Part shown: piece by piece, positions 28,801 through 42,400 of the stretch | Layout: the number at the start of each line of letters is the position of its first letter | Numbering within the stretch: position 1 is the stretch's first letter | Origin: the human T2T-CHM13v2.0 reference genome, Homo sapiens | DNA length: 64,000 nt | Assembly: GCF_009914755.1 (NCBI RefSeq) | Contig: NC_060948.1 | Direction: 5' to 3' (one strand) | Translations under genes and position numbers: made by a program | The notes under the pieces: model-generated | Database searches by the model: none | The model's input: only the letters and a program-made list of their open reading frames with translations | What the model was told of the DNA's origin: nothing

Positions 28801-31800
28801 GAATGGAATTGAATGGAATGGAATAATATGAAATGGAATGGAATAGAATGGAATGGAATGTCCTTGAATTAAATGGACTGGAATGGAATGGACTCGAACA
28901 GAGTGGAATGGAAAGTGTTGAGATAGAATGGAATAGACTCCTTTGGAATGGTGTAGTATGCAATGCAATCGACTGGCAGGGAATCAAAAGGAATGTAATC
29001 GAATGGATTGGACTGGAATGCAATGGACTCGAATAGATTGCAAACGGAATGCAAAGGAATGGAATGGAATAGTATGGAATGGAATGGAAAGGAATGGAGT
29101 GGAATAGACTAGAGTGGAATGGAATGGACTGGAAAGCAATGGACTGGAATGGAACTTTCTTGAATGGACTGGAATCAAACGGAATGGAATGCAATGCAAT
29201 CAAATGGCATGGAATAAAATAGAATGAAAGAGAATCAAATGGAATTGAATCGAATGGAATCGAATGGATTGGAAAGGAATAGAATGGAATGGAATGGAAT
29301 GGACTCAAATGGAATGGACTAGAATGGAATGGATTCGAATGGAAGGCAAAGAATGGAATCTATTGGAATGGACTGTAATGGAATGGAATGGAAGGGATTG
29401 GAATGGACTCGAATGGAATGGACTGCAATAGAAAGGATTCGAATGGAATGAAAAAGAATTGAATGGAATAGAACAGAATGGAATCAAATCGAATGAAATG
29501 GAATGGAATAGAAAGGAATGGAATGAAATGGAATGGAAAGGATTCGAATGGAATGCAATCGAATGGAATGGAATCGAACGGAATGGAATAAAATGGAAGA
29601 AAACTGGCAAGAAATGGAGTCGAAATGAATGGAGTGTTATGGAACGGACTCAAAAGGAATTGAATGTAATAGAATGGAGTGGAGTGGACTCGAATATAAT
29701 GGACTGGAATGGAATGAAATCACATGGAATGGGAACGAATGGAATGGAATGGAAAGGAATGGAATCGAATGGAAAGGAATCGAATGGAAGGGAATGAAAT
29801 TGAATCAACAGGAATGGAAGGGAATAGAATAGACGGTAATGGAATGGACTCGAATAGAATGGACACGAATGCTCAAATTGAATGGACTCGAATGGAATGG
29901 AAACGAAAGGAATGTCATCGAATGGAATTGAATCGATTGGAATGAAATCGCACAGAATGGAGTGGAATCAAATGGAATTGAATCGAAAGGAAAGGAAGCG
30001 AATGGACTGAAATGAAATGGAATGGAATTGAATGGAAAGTAATGCAATGGAATAGAATGGAACGAAATTTCACGGAATGGAATCAAACTGAATGGAATCA
30101 AATCAATGGAATCAAATCAAATGGAATGGAAAGGAATTGAATGGAGTAGATTGGATTGGATGGGATTGGAATGAAATGTACTGGAAAGGACTCGAATTTC
30201 ATGAAACGGAATGGAATGAATTGGAACGGAATGGACTCGAATGGAATGGAATGTCATGGAATGGCATCAAATGGAATGGTATCAAATGGAATGGAATCGA
30301 ATGCAATGGAATGCTATGGAATGGAATGGAATGCATTGGAATGGAATGTCCTCTAATGGAATGGATTCGAGTGGAATGGAATCGAATATAATGGAGTCGA
30401 ATGAAATGGAATTGAAAGGAATGGGATCGAATAGAATGGAATATACTGGAATGTAATGTAATGAACTCGAATGTAATTGACTGGAATGGAATGTACATGA
30501 ATGGAATGTAATCGAATGGAAAGTAATCCAATGGAATAGAATCTAATGCAATAAAATCGACTCAGATAGAGTAGAATGTAATGGAATGGAGTGCAGTGCA
30601 ATGGAATGGAATGGAATGGAATGCAATGGAATGGAATGGAATGGAATGGAATGGAATGGGATGGGATGGAATGGTATGGAATGGATAGTAATGGACTGGA
30701 GTGAAATGGACTGGAAAGGAATGGACTCAAATTGAAAGGGCTCGAAAGGAATGGAGTCAAATGGAATGGTCTGGAATGGAATGAACACGAATGTAATGCA
30801 ATCCAATAGAATGGAATCGAATGGCATGGAATATAAAGAAATGGAATCGGAGAGAATGGAAACAAATGGAATGGAATTGAATGGAATGGAATTGAATGGA
30901 ATGGGAACGAATGGAGTGAAATTGTATGCAGTAGAAGGGAATAGAATGGAATGCAAGCGAAAGGAAAGGAATGGATTGGAATGGAATGGAATTCATTGGA
31001 ATGGAAGGGAATGTAGTGTAATGGACAGGCCTGGAATAAAGTGGAATGCTACGGTCTCGAATGGAATAAAAATGTATGGAATGGAATGCAATGAAATGGA
31101 ATCGAATGTCATAGAATGTAATGGAATGCAAAAAATGGAATCCAAAATCATTGACTGGAAAGGCTGGGTGTCGAAAGGAATTGACTCCAATGGAATGGAA
31201 TCGAATGGAATGGAAGTGAATAGAATCGAACTAAATCGAATGGAATGGAATTGATAGGAACGGAATGGAAAGGAATGCAATGATTTGGCATGGAATGGAA
31301 TCGAATGGCATCGAATGGAATGGAATGGAATGCAATGGAATGGAATGTATTAGAATGTAATGAACTTTAATGGAATGTACTCGAATGGATTCGACTGGAA
31401 TGGAATGTTCTGGAAGTGAATGGACTCCAATGGAATGGATTCCAAAGGAATGGAATCGTACGGAATGGAATCTAATGGAATGGAATTAAATGGAAATGAA
31501 TCAAATTGAATAGCACGGAATTGAATTGAATGGAATGGAATGCAATGGAATCTAATGAAACGGAAAGGAAAGGAATGGAATGGAATGGAATGGGCTGGAA
31601 TGGAAAGGAATCGAAACGAATGGAATGGAATCGAACTGAAGAGACTGGAATGGAATGCACTGGAATGGAAGGGAGTGTAATGGAAGGTTCTCGAAAAAAA
31701 TGGAATCGAATGGAATGGAATTGAATGGAACGGAATAGAGTCGAATGGAATTGAATGGAATGGAATGGACTAGAGTGAAATGGAATCGAACCACAAGGAA

Positions 31801-33470
31801 TGGACAGGAATAGAATGGTCTCGAATTGAATGGAATCGTATGGAATGGCATCAAACGGAATGGAATGGACAGCCACGGAATGGAATGCACTCGAATGCAA
31901 TGGAGTCGAAACTAATGGACTGGAATAGAATGGACTCGACTGGTACGGACTCCAATGGAATGGAATCGAATGGAAGGGAATCGAACGGAATGGACTCGAA
32001 GGGAAAAGACTGCAATGGAAAGGTCTCGAATGGAATGGAAATTAATGGAATGGAATGGAATCGAATGAAATGGAGTCAAAAGGAATGGAATCGAATGGCA
32101 AGAAATCGAATGTAATGGAATCGCAAGGAATTGATGTGAACGGAACGGAATGGAATGGAATCCAAAGGAATGGAATAGAATGGAATGGAATCGAATGGAA
32201 AGGACTCGAATGGAAATCACTCGAATAGAATGCAATTTAATAAAATAGGATCAAATGTAATGGAATAGAATGGAAAGGAATCGAAACGAAAGGAATGGAG
32301 ACAGATGGAATGGAATAGAACAGAGAGCAATGGTATAGAATGGAATGGAATCATCTGGAATGGAATTGAATGGAATGGAATAATATGAAATGGAATGGAA
32401 TAGAATGGAATGGAATGTCCTTGAATTAAATGGACTGGAATGGAATGGACTCGAACAGAGTGGAATGGAAAGTGTTGAGATAGAATGGAATGGACTCCTT
32501 TGGAATGGTGTAGTATGCAATGCAATCGACTGGCAGGGAATCAAAAGGAATGTAATCGAATGGATTGGACTGGAATGCAATGGACTCGAATAGATTGCAA
32601 ACGGAATGCAAAGGAATGGAATGGAATAGTATGGAATGGAATGGAAAGGAATGGAGTGGAATAGACTAGAGTGGAATGGAATGGACTGGAAAGCAATGGA
32701 CTGGAATGGAACTTTCTTGAATGGACTGGAATCAAACGGAATGGAATGCAATGCAATCAAATGGCATGGAATAAAATAGAATGAAAGAGAATCAAATGGA
32801 ATTGAATCGAATGGAATCGAATGGATTGGAAAGGAATAGAATGGAATGGAATGGAATGGACTCAAATGGAATGGACTAGAATGGAATGGATTCGAATGGA
32901 AGGCAAAGAATGGAATCTATTGGAATGGACTGTAATGGAATGGAATGGAAGGGATTGGAATGGACTCGAATGGAATGGACTGCAATAGAAAGGATTCGAA
33001 TGGAATGAAAAAGAATTGAATGGAATAGAACAGAATGGAATCAAATCGAATGAAATGGAATGGAATAGAAAGGAATGGAATGAAATGGAATGGAAAGGAT
33101 TCGAATGGAATGCAATCGAATGGAATGGAATCGAACGGAATGGAATAAAATGGAAGAAATCTGGCAAGAAATGGAGTCGAAATGAATGGAGTGTTATGGA
33201 ACGGACTCAAAAGGAATTGAATGTAATAGAATGGAGTGGAGTGGACTCGAATATAATGGACTGGAATGGAATGAAATCACATGGAATGGGAACGAATGGA
33301 ATGGAATGGAAAGGAATGGAATCGAATGGAAAGGAATCGAATGGAAGGGAATGAAATTGAATCAACAGGAATGGAAGGGAATAGAATAGACGGTAATGGA
33401 ATGGACTCGAATAGAATGGACACGAATGCTCAAATTGAATGGACTCGAATGGAATGGAAACGAAAGGAAT
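22800..33470 (+). repeat. Near-identical tandem triplication of a 3557-bp variant unit
   Basis: Anchors are spaced exactly 3557 bp apart (ORF ends 24786, 28343, 31900; EcoRI 23875, 27432, 30989). The three copies share rare variants: GGTATCAAAT, an A6 run in GCAAAAAATGG, GGCAAAGAAT and ATGTCCTTG. Boundaries are approximate, within about 300 bp. Confidence 0.85.
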
Positions 33471-36400
33471 GTCATCGAATGGAATTGAATCGATTGGAAT
33501 GAAATCGCACAGAATGGAGTGGAATCAAATGGAATTGAATCGAAAGGAAAGGAAGCGAATGGACTGAAATGAAATGGAATGGAATTGAATGGAAAGTAAT
33601 GCAATGGAATAGAATGGAACGAAATTTCACGGAATGGAATCAAACTGAATGGAATCAAATCAATGGAATCAAATCAAATGGAATGGAAAGGAATTGAATG
33701 GAGTAGATTGGATTGGATGGGATTGGAATGAAATGTACTGAAAAGGACTCGAATTTCATGAAACGGAATGGAATGAATTGGAACGGAATGGACTCGAATG
33801 GAATGGAATGTCATGGAATGGCATCAAATGGAATGGCATCAAATGGAATGGAATCGAATGCAATGGAATGCTATGGAATGGAATGGAATGCATTGGAATG
33901 GAATGTCCTCTAATGGAATGGATTCGAGTGGAATGGAATCGAATATAATGGAGTCGAATGAAATGGAATTGAAAGGAATGGGATCGAATACAATGGAATA
34001 TACTGGAATGTAATGTAATGAACTCGAATGTAATTGACTGGAATGGAATGTACATGAATGGAATGTAATCGAATGGAAAGTAATCCAATGGAATAGAATC
34101 TAATGCAATAAAATCGACTCAGATAGAGTAGAATGTAATGGAATGGAGTGCAGTGCAATGGAATGGAATGGAATGGAATGCAATTGAATGGAATGGAATG
34201 GAATGGAATGGAATGGAATGGAATGGAATGGAATGGGATGGAATGGTATGGAATGGATAGTAATGGACTGGAGTGAAATGGACTGGAAAGGAATGGACTC
34301 AAATTGAAAGGGCTCGAAAGGAATGGAGTCAAATGGAATGGTCTGGAATGGAATGAACACGAATGTAATGCAATCCAATAGAATGGAATCGAATGGCATG
34401 GAATATAAAGAAATGGAATCGGAGAGAATGGAAACAAATGGAATGGAATTGAATGGAATGGAATTGAATGGAATGGGAACGAATGGAGTGAAATTGTATG
34501 CAGTAGAAGGGAATAGAATGGAATGCAAGCGAAAGGAAAGGAATGGATTGGAATGGAATGGAATTCATTGGAATGGAAGGGAATGTAGTGTAATGGACAG
34601 GCCTGGAATAAAGTGGAATGCTACGGTCTCGAATGGAATAAAAATGTATGGAATGGAATGCAATGAAATGGAATCGAATGTCATAGAATGTAATGGAATG
34701 CAACAAAATGGAATCCAAAATCATTGACTGGAAAGGCTGGGTGTCGAAAGGAATTGACTCCAATGGAATGGAATCGAATGGAATGGAAGTGAATAGAATC
34801 GAACTAAATCGAATGGAATGGAATTGATAGGAACGGAATGGAAAGGAATGCAATGATTTGGCATGGAATGGAATCGAATGGCATCGAATGGAATGGAATG
34901 GAATGCAATGGAATGGAATGTATTAGAATGTAATGAACTTTAATGGAATGTACTCGAATGGATTCGACTGGAATGGAATGTTCTGGAAGTGAATGGACTC
35001 CAATGGAATGGATTCCAAAGGAATGGAATCGTACGGAATGGAATCTAATGGAATGGAATTAAATGGAAATGAATCAAATTGAATAGCACGGAATTGAATT
35101 GAATGGAATGGAATGCAATGGAATCTAATGAAACGGAAAGGAAAGGAATGGAATGGAATGGAATGGGCTGGAATGGAAAGGAATCGAAACGAATGGAATG
35201 GAATCGAACTGAAGAGACTGGAATGGAATGCACTGGAATGGAAGGGAGTGTAATGGAAGGTTCTCGAAAAAAATGGAATCGAATGGAATGGAATTCAATG
35301 GAACGGAATAGAGTCGAATGGAATTGAATGGAATGGAATGGACTAGAGTGATATGGAATCGAACCACAAGGAATGGAGAGGAATAGAATGGTCTCGAATT
35401 GAATGGAATCGTATGGAGTGGCATCAAACGGAATGGAATGGACAGCCACGGAATGGAATGCACTCGAATGCAATGGAGTCGAAACTAATGGACTGGAATA
35501 GAATGGACTCGACTGGTACGGACTCCAATGGAATGGAATCGAATGGAAGGGAATCGAACGGAATGGACTCGAAGGGAAAAGACTGCAATGGAAAGGTCTC
35601 GAATGGAATGGAAATTAATGGAATGGAATGGAATCGAATGAAATGGAGTCAAAAGGAATGGAATCGAATGGCAACAAATCGAATGTAATGGAATCGCAAG
35701 GAATTGATGTGAAAGGAACGGAATGGAATGGAATCCAAAGGAATGGAATAGAATGGAATGGAATCGAATGGAAAGGACTCGAATGGAAATCACTCGAATA
35801 GAATGCAATTTAATAAAATAGGATCAAATGTAATGGAATGGAATGGAAAGGAATCGAAACGAAAGGAATGGAGACAGATGGAATGGAATGGAACAGAGAG
35901 CAATGGTATAGAATGGAATGGAATCATCTGGAATGGAATTGAATGGAATGGAATAATATGAAATGGAATGGAATGGAATGGAATGGAATGCCCTTGAATT
36001 AAATGGACTGGAATGGAATGGACTCGAACAGAGTGGAATGGAAAGTGTTGAGATAGAATGGAATGGACTCCTTTGGAATGGTGTAGTATGCAATGCAATC
36101 GACTGGCAGGGAATCAAAAGGAATGTAATGGAATGGACTGGACTGGAATGCAATGGACTCGAATAGATTGGAAACGGAATGCAAAGAAATGGAATGGAAT
36201 AGTATGGAATGGAATGGAAAGGAATGGAGTGGAATAGACTAGAGTGGAATGGAATGGACTGGAAAACAATGGACTGGAATGGAACTTTCTTGAATGGACT
36301 GGAATCAAACGGAATGGAATGCAATGCAATCAAATGGCATGGAATAAAATAGAATGAAAGAGAACCAAGTGGAATTGAATCGAATGGAATCGAATGGATT

Positions 36401-39400
36401 GGAAAGGAATAGAATGGAATGGAATGGAATTGACTCAAATGGAATGGACTAGAATGGAATGGATTCGAATGGAAGGCAAAGGAATGGAATCTATTGGAAT
36501 GGACTGTAATGGAATGGAATGGAAGGGATTGGAATGGACTCGAATGGAATGGACTGCAATAGAAAGGATTCGAATGGAATGAAAAAGAATTGAATGGAAT
36601 AGAACAGAATGGAATCAAATCGAATGAAATGGAATGGAATAGAAAGGAATGGAATGAAATGGAATGGAAAGGATTCGAATGGAATGCAATCGAATGGAAT
36701 GGAATCGAACGGAATGGAATAAAATGGAAGAAAACTGGCAAGAAATGGAATCGAAATGAATGGAGTGTTATGGAACGGACTCAAAAGGAATTGAATGTAA
36801 TAGAATGGAGTGGAGTGGACTCGAATATAATGGACTGGAATGGAATGAAATCACATGGAATGGGAACGAATGGAATGGAATGGAAAGGAATGGAATCGAA
36901 TGGAAAGGAATCGAATGGAAGGGAATGAAATTGAATCAACAGGAATGGAAGGGAATAGAATAGACGGTAATGGAATGGACTCGAATAGAATGGACACGAA
37001 TGCTCAAATTAAATGGACTCGAATGGAATGGAAACGAAAGGAATGTCATCGAATGGAATTGAATCGATTGGAATGAAATCGCATAGAATGGAGTGGAATC
37101 AAATGGAATTGAATCGAAAGGAAAGGAAGCGAATGGACTGAAATGAAATGGAATGGAATTGAATGGAAAGTAATGCAATGGAATAGAATGGAACGAAATT
37201 TCACGGAATGGAATCAAACTGAATGGAATCAAATCAATGGAATCCAATCAAATGGAATGGAAAGGAATTGAATGGAGTAGATTGGATTGGATGGGATTGG
37301 AATGAAATGTACTGGAAAGGACTCGAATTTCATGAAACGGAATGGAATGAATTGGAACGGAATGGACTCGAATGGAATGGAATGTCATGGAATGGCATCA
37401 AATGGAATGGAATCGAATGCAATGGAATGCTATGGAATGGAATGGAATGCATTGGAATGGAATGTCCTCTAATGGAATGGATTCGAGTGGAATGGAATCG
37501 AATATAATGGAGTCGAATGAAATGGAATTGAAAGGAATGGGATCGAATAGAATGGAATATACTGGAATGTAATGTAATGAAGTCGAATGTAATTGACTGG
37601 AATGGAATGTACATGAATGGAATGTAATCGAATGGAAAGTAATCCAATGGAATAGAATCTAATGCAATAAAACCGACTCAGATAGAGTAGAATGTAATGG
37701 AATGGAGTGCAGTGCAATGGAAGGGAATGGAATTGAATGCAATGGAATGGAATGGAATGGAATGGAATGGAATGGAATGGAATGGAATGGAATGGGATGG
37801 AATGGTATGGAATGGATAGTAATGGACTGCAGTGAAATGTACTGGAAAGGAATGGACTCAAATTGAAAGGGCTCGAAAGGAATGGAGTCAAATGGAATGG
37901 TCTGGAATGGAATGAACACGAATGTAATGCAATCCAATAGAATGGAATCGAATGGCATGGAATATAAAGAAATGGAATCGAAGAGAATGGAAACAAATGG
38001 AATGGAATTGAATGGAATGGAATTGAATGGAATGGGAACGAATGGAGTGAAATTGTATGCAGTAGAAGGGAATAGAATGGAATGCAAGCGAAAGGAAAGG
38101 AATGGATTGGAATGGAATGGAATTCATTGGAATGGAAGGGAATGTAGTGTAATGGACAGGCCTGGAATAAAGTGGAATGCTACGGTCTCGAATGGAATAA
38201 AAATGTATGGAATGGAATGCAATGAAACGGAATCGAATGTCATAGAATGTAATGGAATGCAAAAAAATGGAATCCAAAATCATTGACTGGAAAGGCTGGG
38301 TGTCGAAAGGAATTGACTCCAATGGAATGGAATCGAATGGAATGGAAGTGAATAGAATCGAACTAAATCGAATGGAATGGAATTGATAGGAACGGAATGG
38401 AAAGGAATGCAATGATTTGGCATGGAATGGAATCGAATGGCATCGAATGGAATGGAATGGAATGCAATGGAATGGAATGTATTAGAATGTAATGAGCTTT
38501 AATGGAATCTACTCGAATGGATTCGACTGGAATGGAATGTTCTGGAAGTGAATGGACTCCAATGGAATGGATTCAAAAGGAATGGAATCGTACGGAATGG
38601 AATCTAATGGAATGGAATTAAATGGAAATGAATCAAATTGAATAGCACGGAATTGAATTGAATGGAATCGAATGCAATGGAATCTAATGAAACGGAAAGG
38701 AAAGGAATGGAATGGAATGGAATGGACTGGAATGGAAAGGAATCGAAACGAATGGAATGGAATCGAACTGAAGAGACTGGAATGGAATGCACTGGAATGG
38801 AAGGGAGTGTAATGGAAGGTTCTCGAAAAAAATGGAATCGAATGGAATGGAATTGAATGGAACGGAATAGAGTCGAATGGAATTGAATGGAATGGAATGG
38901 ACTAGAGTGAAATGGAATCGAACCACAAGGAATGGACAGGAATAGAATGGTATCGAATTGAATGGAATCGTATGGAATGGCATCAAACGGAATGGAATGG
39001 ACAGCCACGGAATGGAATGCACTCGAATGCAATGGAGTCGAAACTAATGGACTGGAATAGAATGGACTCGACTGGTACGGACTCCAATGGAATGGAATCG
39101 AATGGAAGGGAATCGAACGGAATGGACTCGAAGGGAAAAGACTGCAATGGAAAGGTCTCGAATGGAATGGAAATTAATGGAATGGAATGGAATCGAATGA
39201 AATGGAGTCAAAAGGAATGGAATCGAATGGCAAGAAATCGAATGTAATGGAATCACAAGGAATTGATGTGAACGGAACGGAATGGAATGGAATCCAAAGG
39301 AATGGAATAGAATGGAATGGAATCGAATGGAAAGGACTCGAATGGAAATCACTCGAATAGAATGCAATTTAATAAAATAGGATCAAATGTAATGGAATGG

Positions 39401-42400
39401 AATGAAAAGGAATCGAAACGAAAGGAATGGAGACAGATGGAATGGAATGGAACAGAGAGCAATGGTATAGAATGGAATGGAATCATCTGGAATGGAATTG
39501 AATGGAATGGAATAATATGAAATGGAATGGAATGGAATGGAATGGAATGCCCTTGAATTAAATGGACTGGAATGGAATGGACTCGAACAGAGTGGAATGG
39601 AAAGTGTTGAGATAGAATGGAATGGACTCCTTTGGAATGGTGTAGTATGCAATGCAATCGACTGGCAGGGAATCAAAAGGAATGTAATCGAATGGATTGG
39701 ACTGGAATGCAATGGACTCGAATAGATTGGAAACGGAATGCAAAGGAATGGAATGGAATAGTATGGAATGGAATGGAAAGGAATGGAGTGGAATAGACTA
39801 GAGTGGAATGGAATGGACTGGAAAGCAATGGACTGGAATGGAACTTTCTTGAATGGACTGGAATCAAACGGAATGGAATGCAATGCAATCAAATGGCATG
39901 GAATAAAATAGAATGAAAGAGAATCAAATGGAATTGAATCGAATGGAATCGAATGGATTGGAAAGGAATAGAATGGAATGGAATGGAATTGACTCAAATG
40001 GAATGGACTAGAATGGAATGGATTCGAATGGAAGGCAAAGGAATGGAATCTATTGGAATGGACTGTAATGGAATGGAATGGAAGGGATTGGAATGGACTC
40101 GAATAGAATGGACTGCAATAGAAAGGATTCGAATGGAATGAAAAAGAATTGAATGGAATAGAACAGAATGGAATCAAATCGAATGAAATGGAATGGAATA
40201 GAAAGGAATGGAATGAAATGGAATGGAAAGGATTCGAATGGAATGCAATCGAATGGAATGGAATCGAACGGAATGGAATAAAATGGAAGAAAACTGGCAA
40301 GAAATGGAATCGAAATGAATGGAGTGTTATGGAACGGACTCAAAAGGAATTGAATGTAATAGAATGGAGTGGAGTGGACTCGAATATAATGGACTGGAAT
40401 GGAATGAAATCACATGGAATGGGAACGAATGGAATGGAATGGAAAGGAATGGAATCGAATGGAAAGGAAGCGAATGGAAGGGAATGAAATTGAATCAACA
40501 GGAATGGAAGGGAATAGAATAGACGGTAATGGAATGGACTCGAATAGAATGGACACGAATGCTCAAATTGAATGGACTCGAATGGAATGGAAACGAAAGA
40601 ATGTCATCGAATGGAATTGAATCGATTGGAATGAAATCGCACAGAATGGAGTGGAATCAAATGGAATTGAATCGAAAGGAAAGGAAGCGAATGGACTGAA
40701 ATGAAATGGAATGGAATTGAATGGAAAGTAATGCAATGGAATAGAATGGAACGAAATTTCACGGAATGGAATCAAACTGAATGGAATCAAATCAATGGAA
40801 TCAAATCAAATGGAATGGAAAGGAATTGAATGGAGTAGATTGGATTGGATGGGATTGGAATGAAATGTACTGGAAAGGACTCGAATTTCATGAAACGGAA
40901 TGGAATGAATTGGAACGGAATGGACTCGAATGGAATGGAATGTCATGGAATGGCATCCAATGGAATGGCATCAAATGGAATGGAATCGAATGCAATGGAA
41001 TGCTATGGAATGGAATGGAATGCATTGGAATGGAATGTCCTCTAATGGAATGGATTCGAGTGGAATGGAATCGAATATAATGGAGTCGAATGAAATGGAA
41101 TTGAAAGGAATGGGATCGAATACAATGGAATATACTGGAATGTAATGTAATGAACTCGAATGTAATTGACTGGAATGGAATGTACATGAATGGAATGTAA
41201 TCGAATGGAAAGTAATCCAATGGAATAGAATCTAATGCAATAAAATCGACTCAGATAGAGTAGAATGTAATGGAATGGAGTGCAGTGCAATGGAATGGAA
41301 TGGAATGGAATGCAATTGAATGGAATGGAATGGAATGGAATGGAATGGAATGGAATGGGATGGAATGGTATGGAATGGATAGTAATGGACTGGAGTGAAA
41401 TGGACTGGAAAGGAATGGACTCAAATTGAAAGGGCTCGAAAGGAATGGAGTCAAATGGAATGGTCTGGAATGGAATGAACACGAATGTAATGCAATCCAA
41501 TAGAATGGAATCGAATGGCATGGAATATAAAGAAATGGAATCGGAGAGAATGGAAACAAATGGAATGGAATTGAATGGAATGGAATTGAATGGAATGGGA
41601 ACGAATGGAGTGAAATTGTATGCAGTAGAAGGGAATAGAATGGAATGCAAGCGAAAGGAAAGGAATGGATTGGAATGGAATGGAATTCATTGGAATGGAA
41701 GGGAATGTAGTGTAATGGACAGGCCTGGAATAAAGTGGAATGCTACGGTCTCGAATGGAATAAAAATGTATGGAATGGAATGCAATGAAATGGAATCGAA
41801 TGTCATAGAATGTAATGGAATGCAACAAAATGGAATCCAAAATCATTGACTGGAAAGGCTGGGTGTCGAAAGGAATTGACTCCAATGGAATGGAATCGAA
41901 TGGAATGGAAGTGAATAGAATCGAACTAAATCGAATGGAATGGAATTGATAGGAACGGAATGGAAAGGAATGCAATGATTTGGCATGGAATGGAATCGAA
42001 TGGCATCGAATGGAATGGAATGGAATGCAATGGAATGGAATGTATTAGAATGTAATGAACTTTAATGGAATGTACTCGAATGGATTCGACTGGAATGGAA
42101 TGTTCTGGAAGTGAATGGACTCCAATGGAATGGATTCCAAAGGAATGGAATCGTACGGAATGGAATCTAATGGAATGGAATTAAATGGAAATGAATCAAA
42201 TTGAATAGCACGGAATTGAATTGAATGGAATGGAATGCAATGGAATCTAATGAAACGGAAAGGAAAGGAATGGAATGGAATGGAATGGGCTGGAATGGAA
42301 AGGAATCGAAACGAATGGAATGGAATCGAACTGAAGAGACTGGAATGGAATGCACTGGAATGGAAGGGAGTGTAATGGAAGGTTCTCGAAAAAAATGGAA

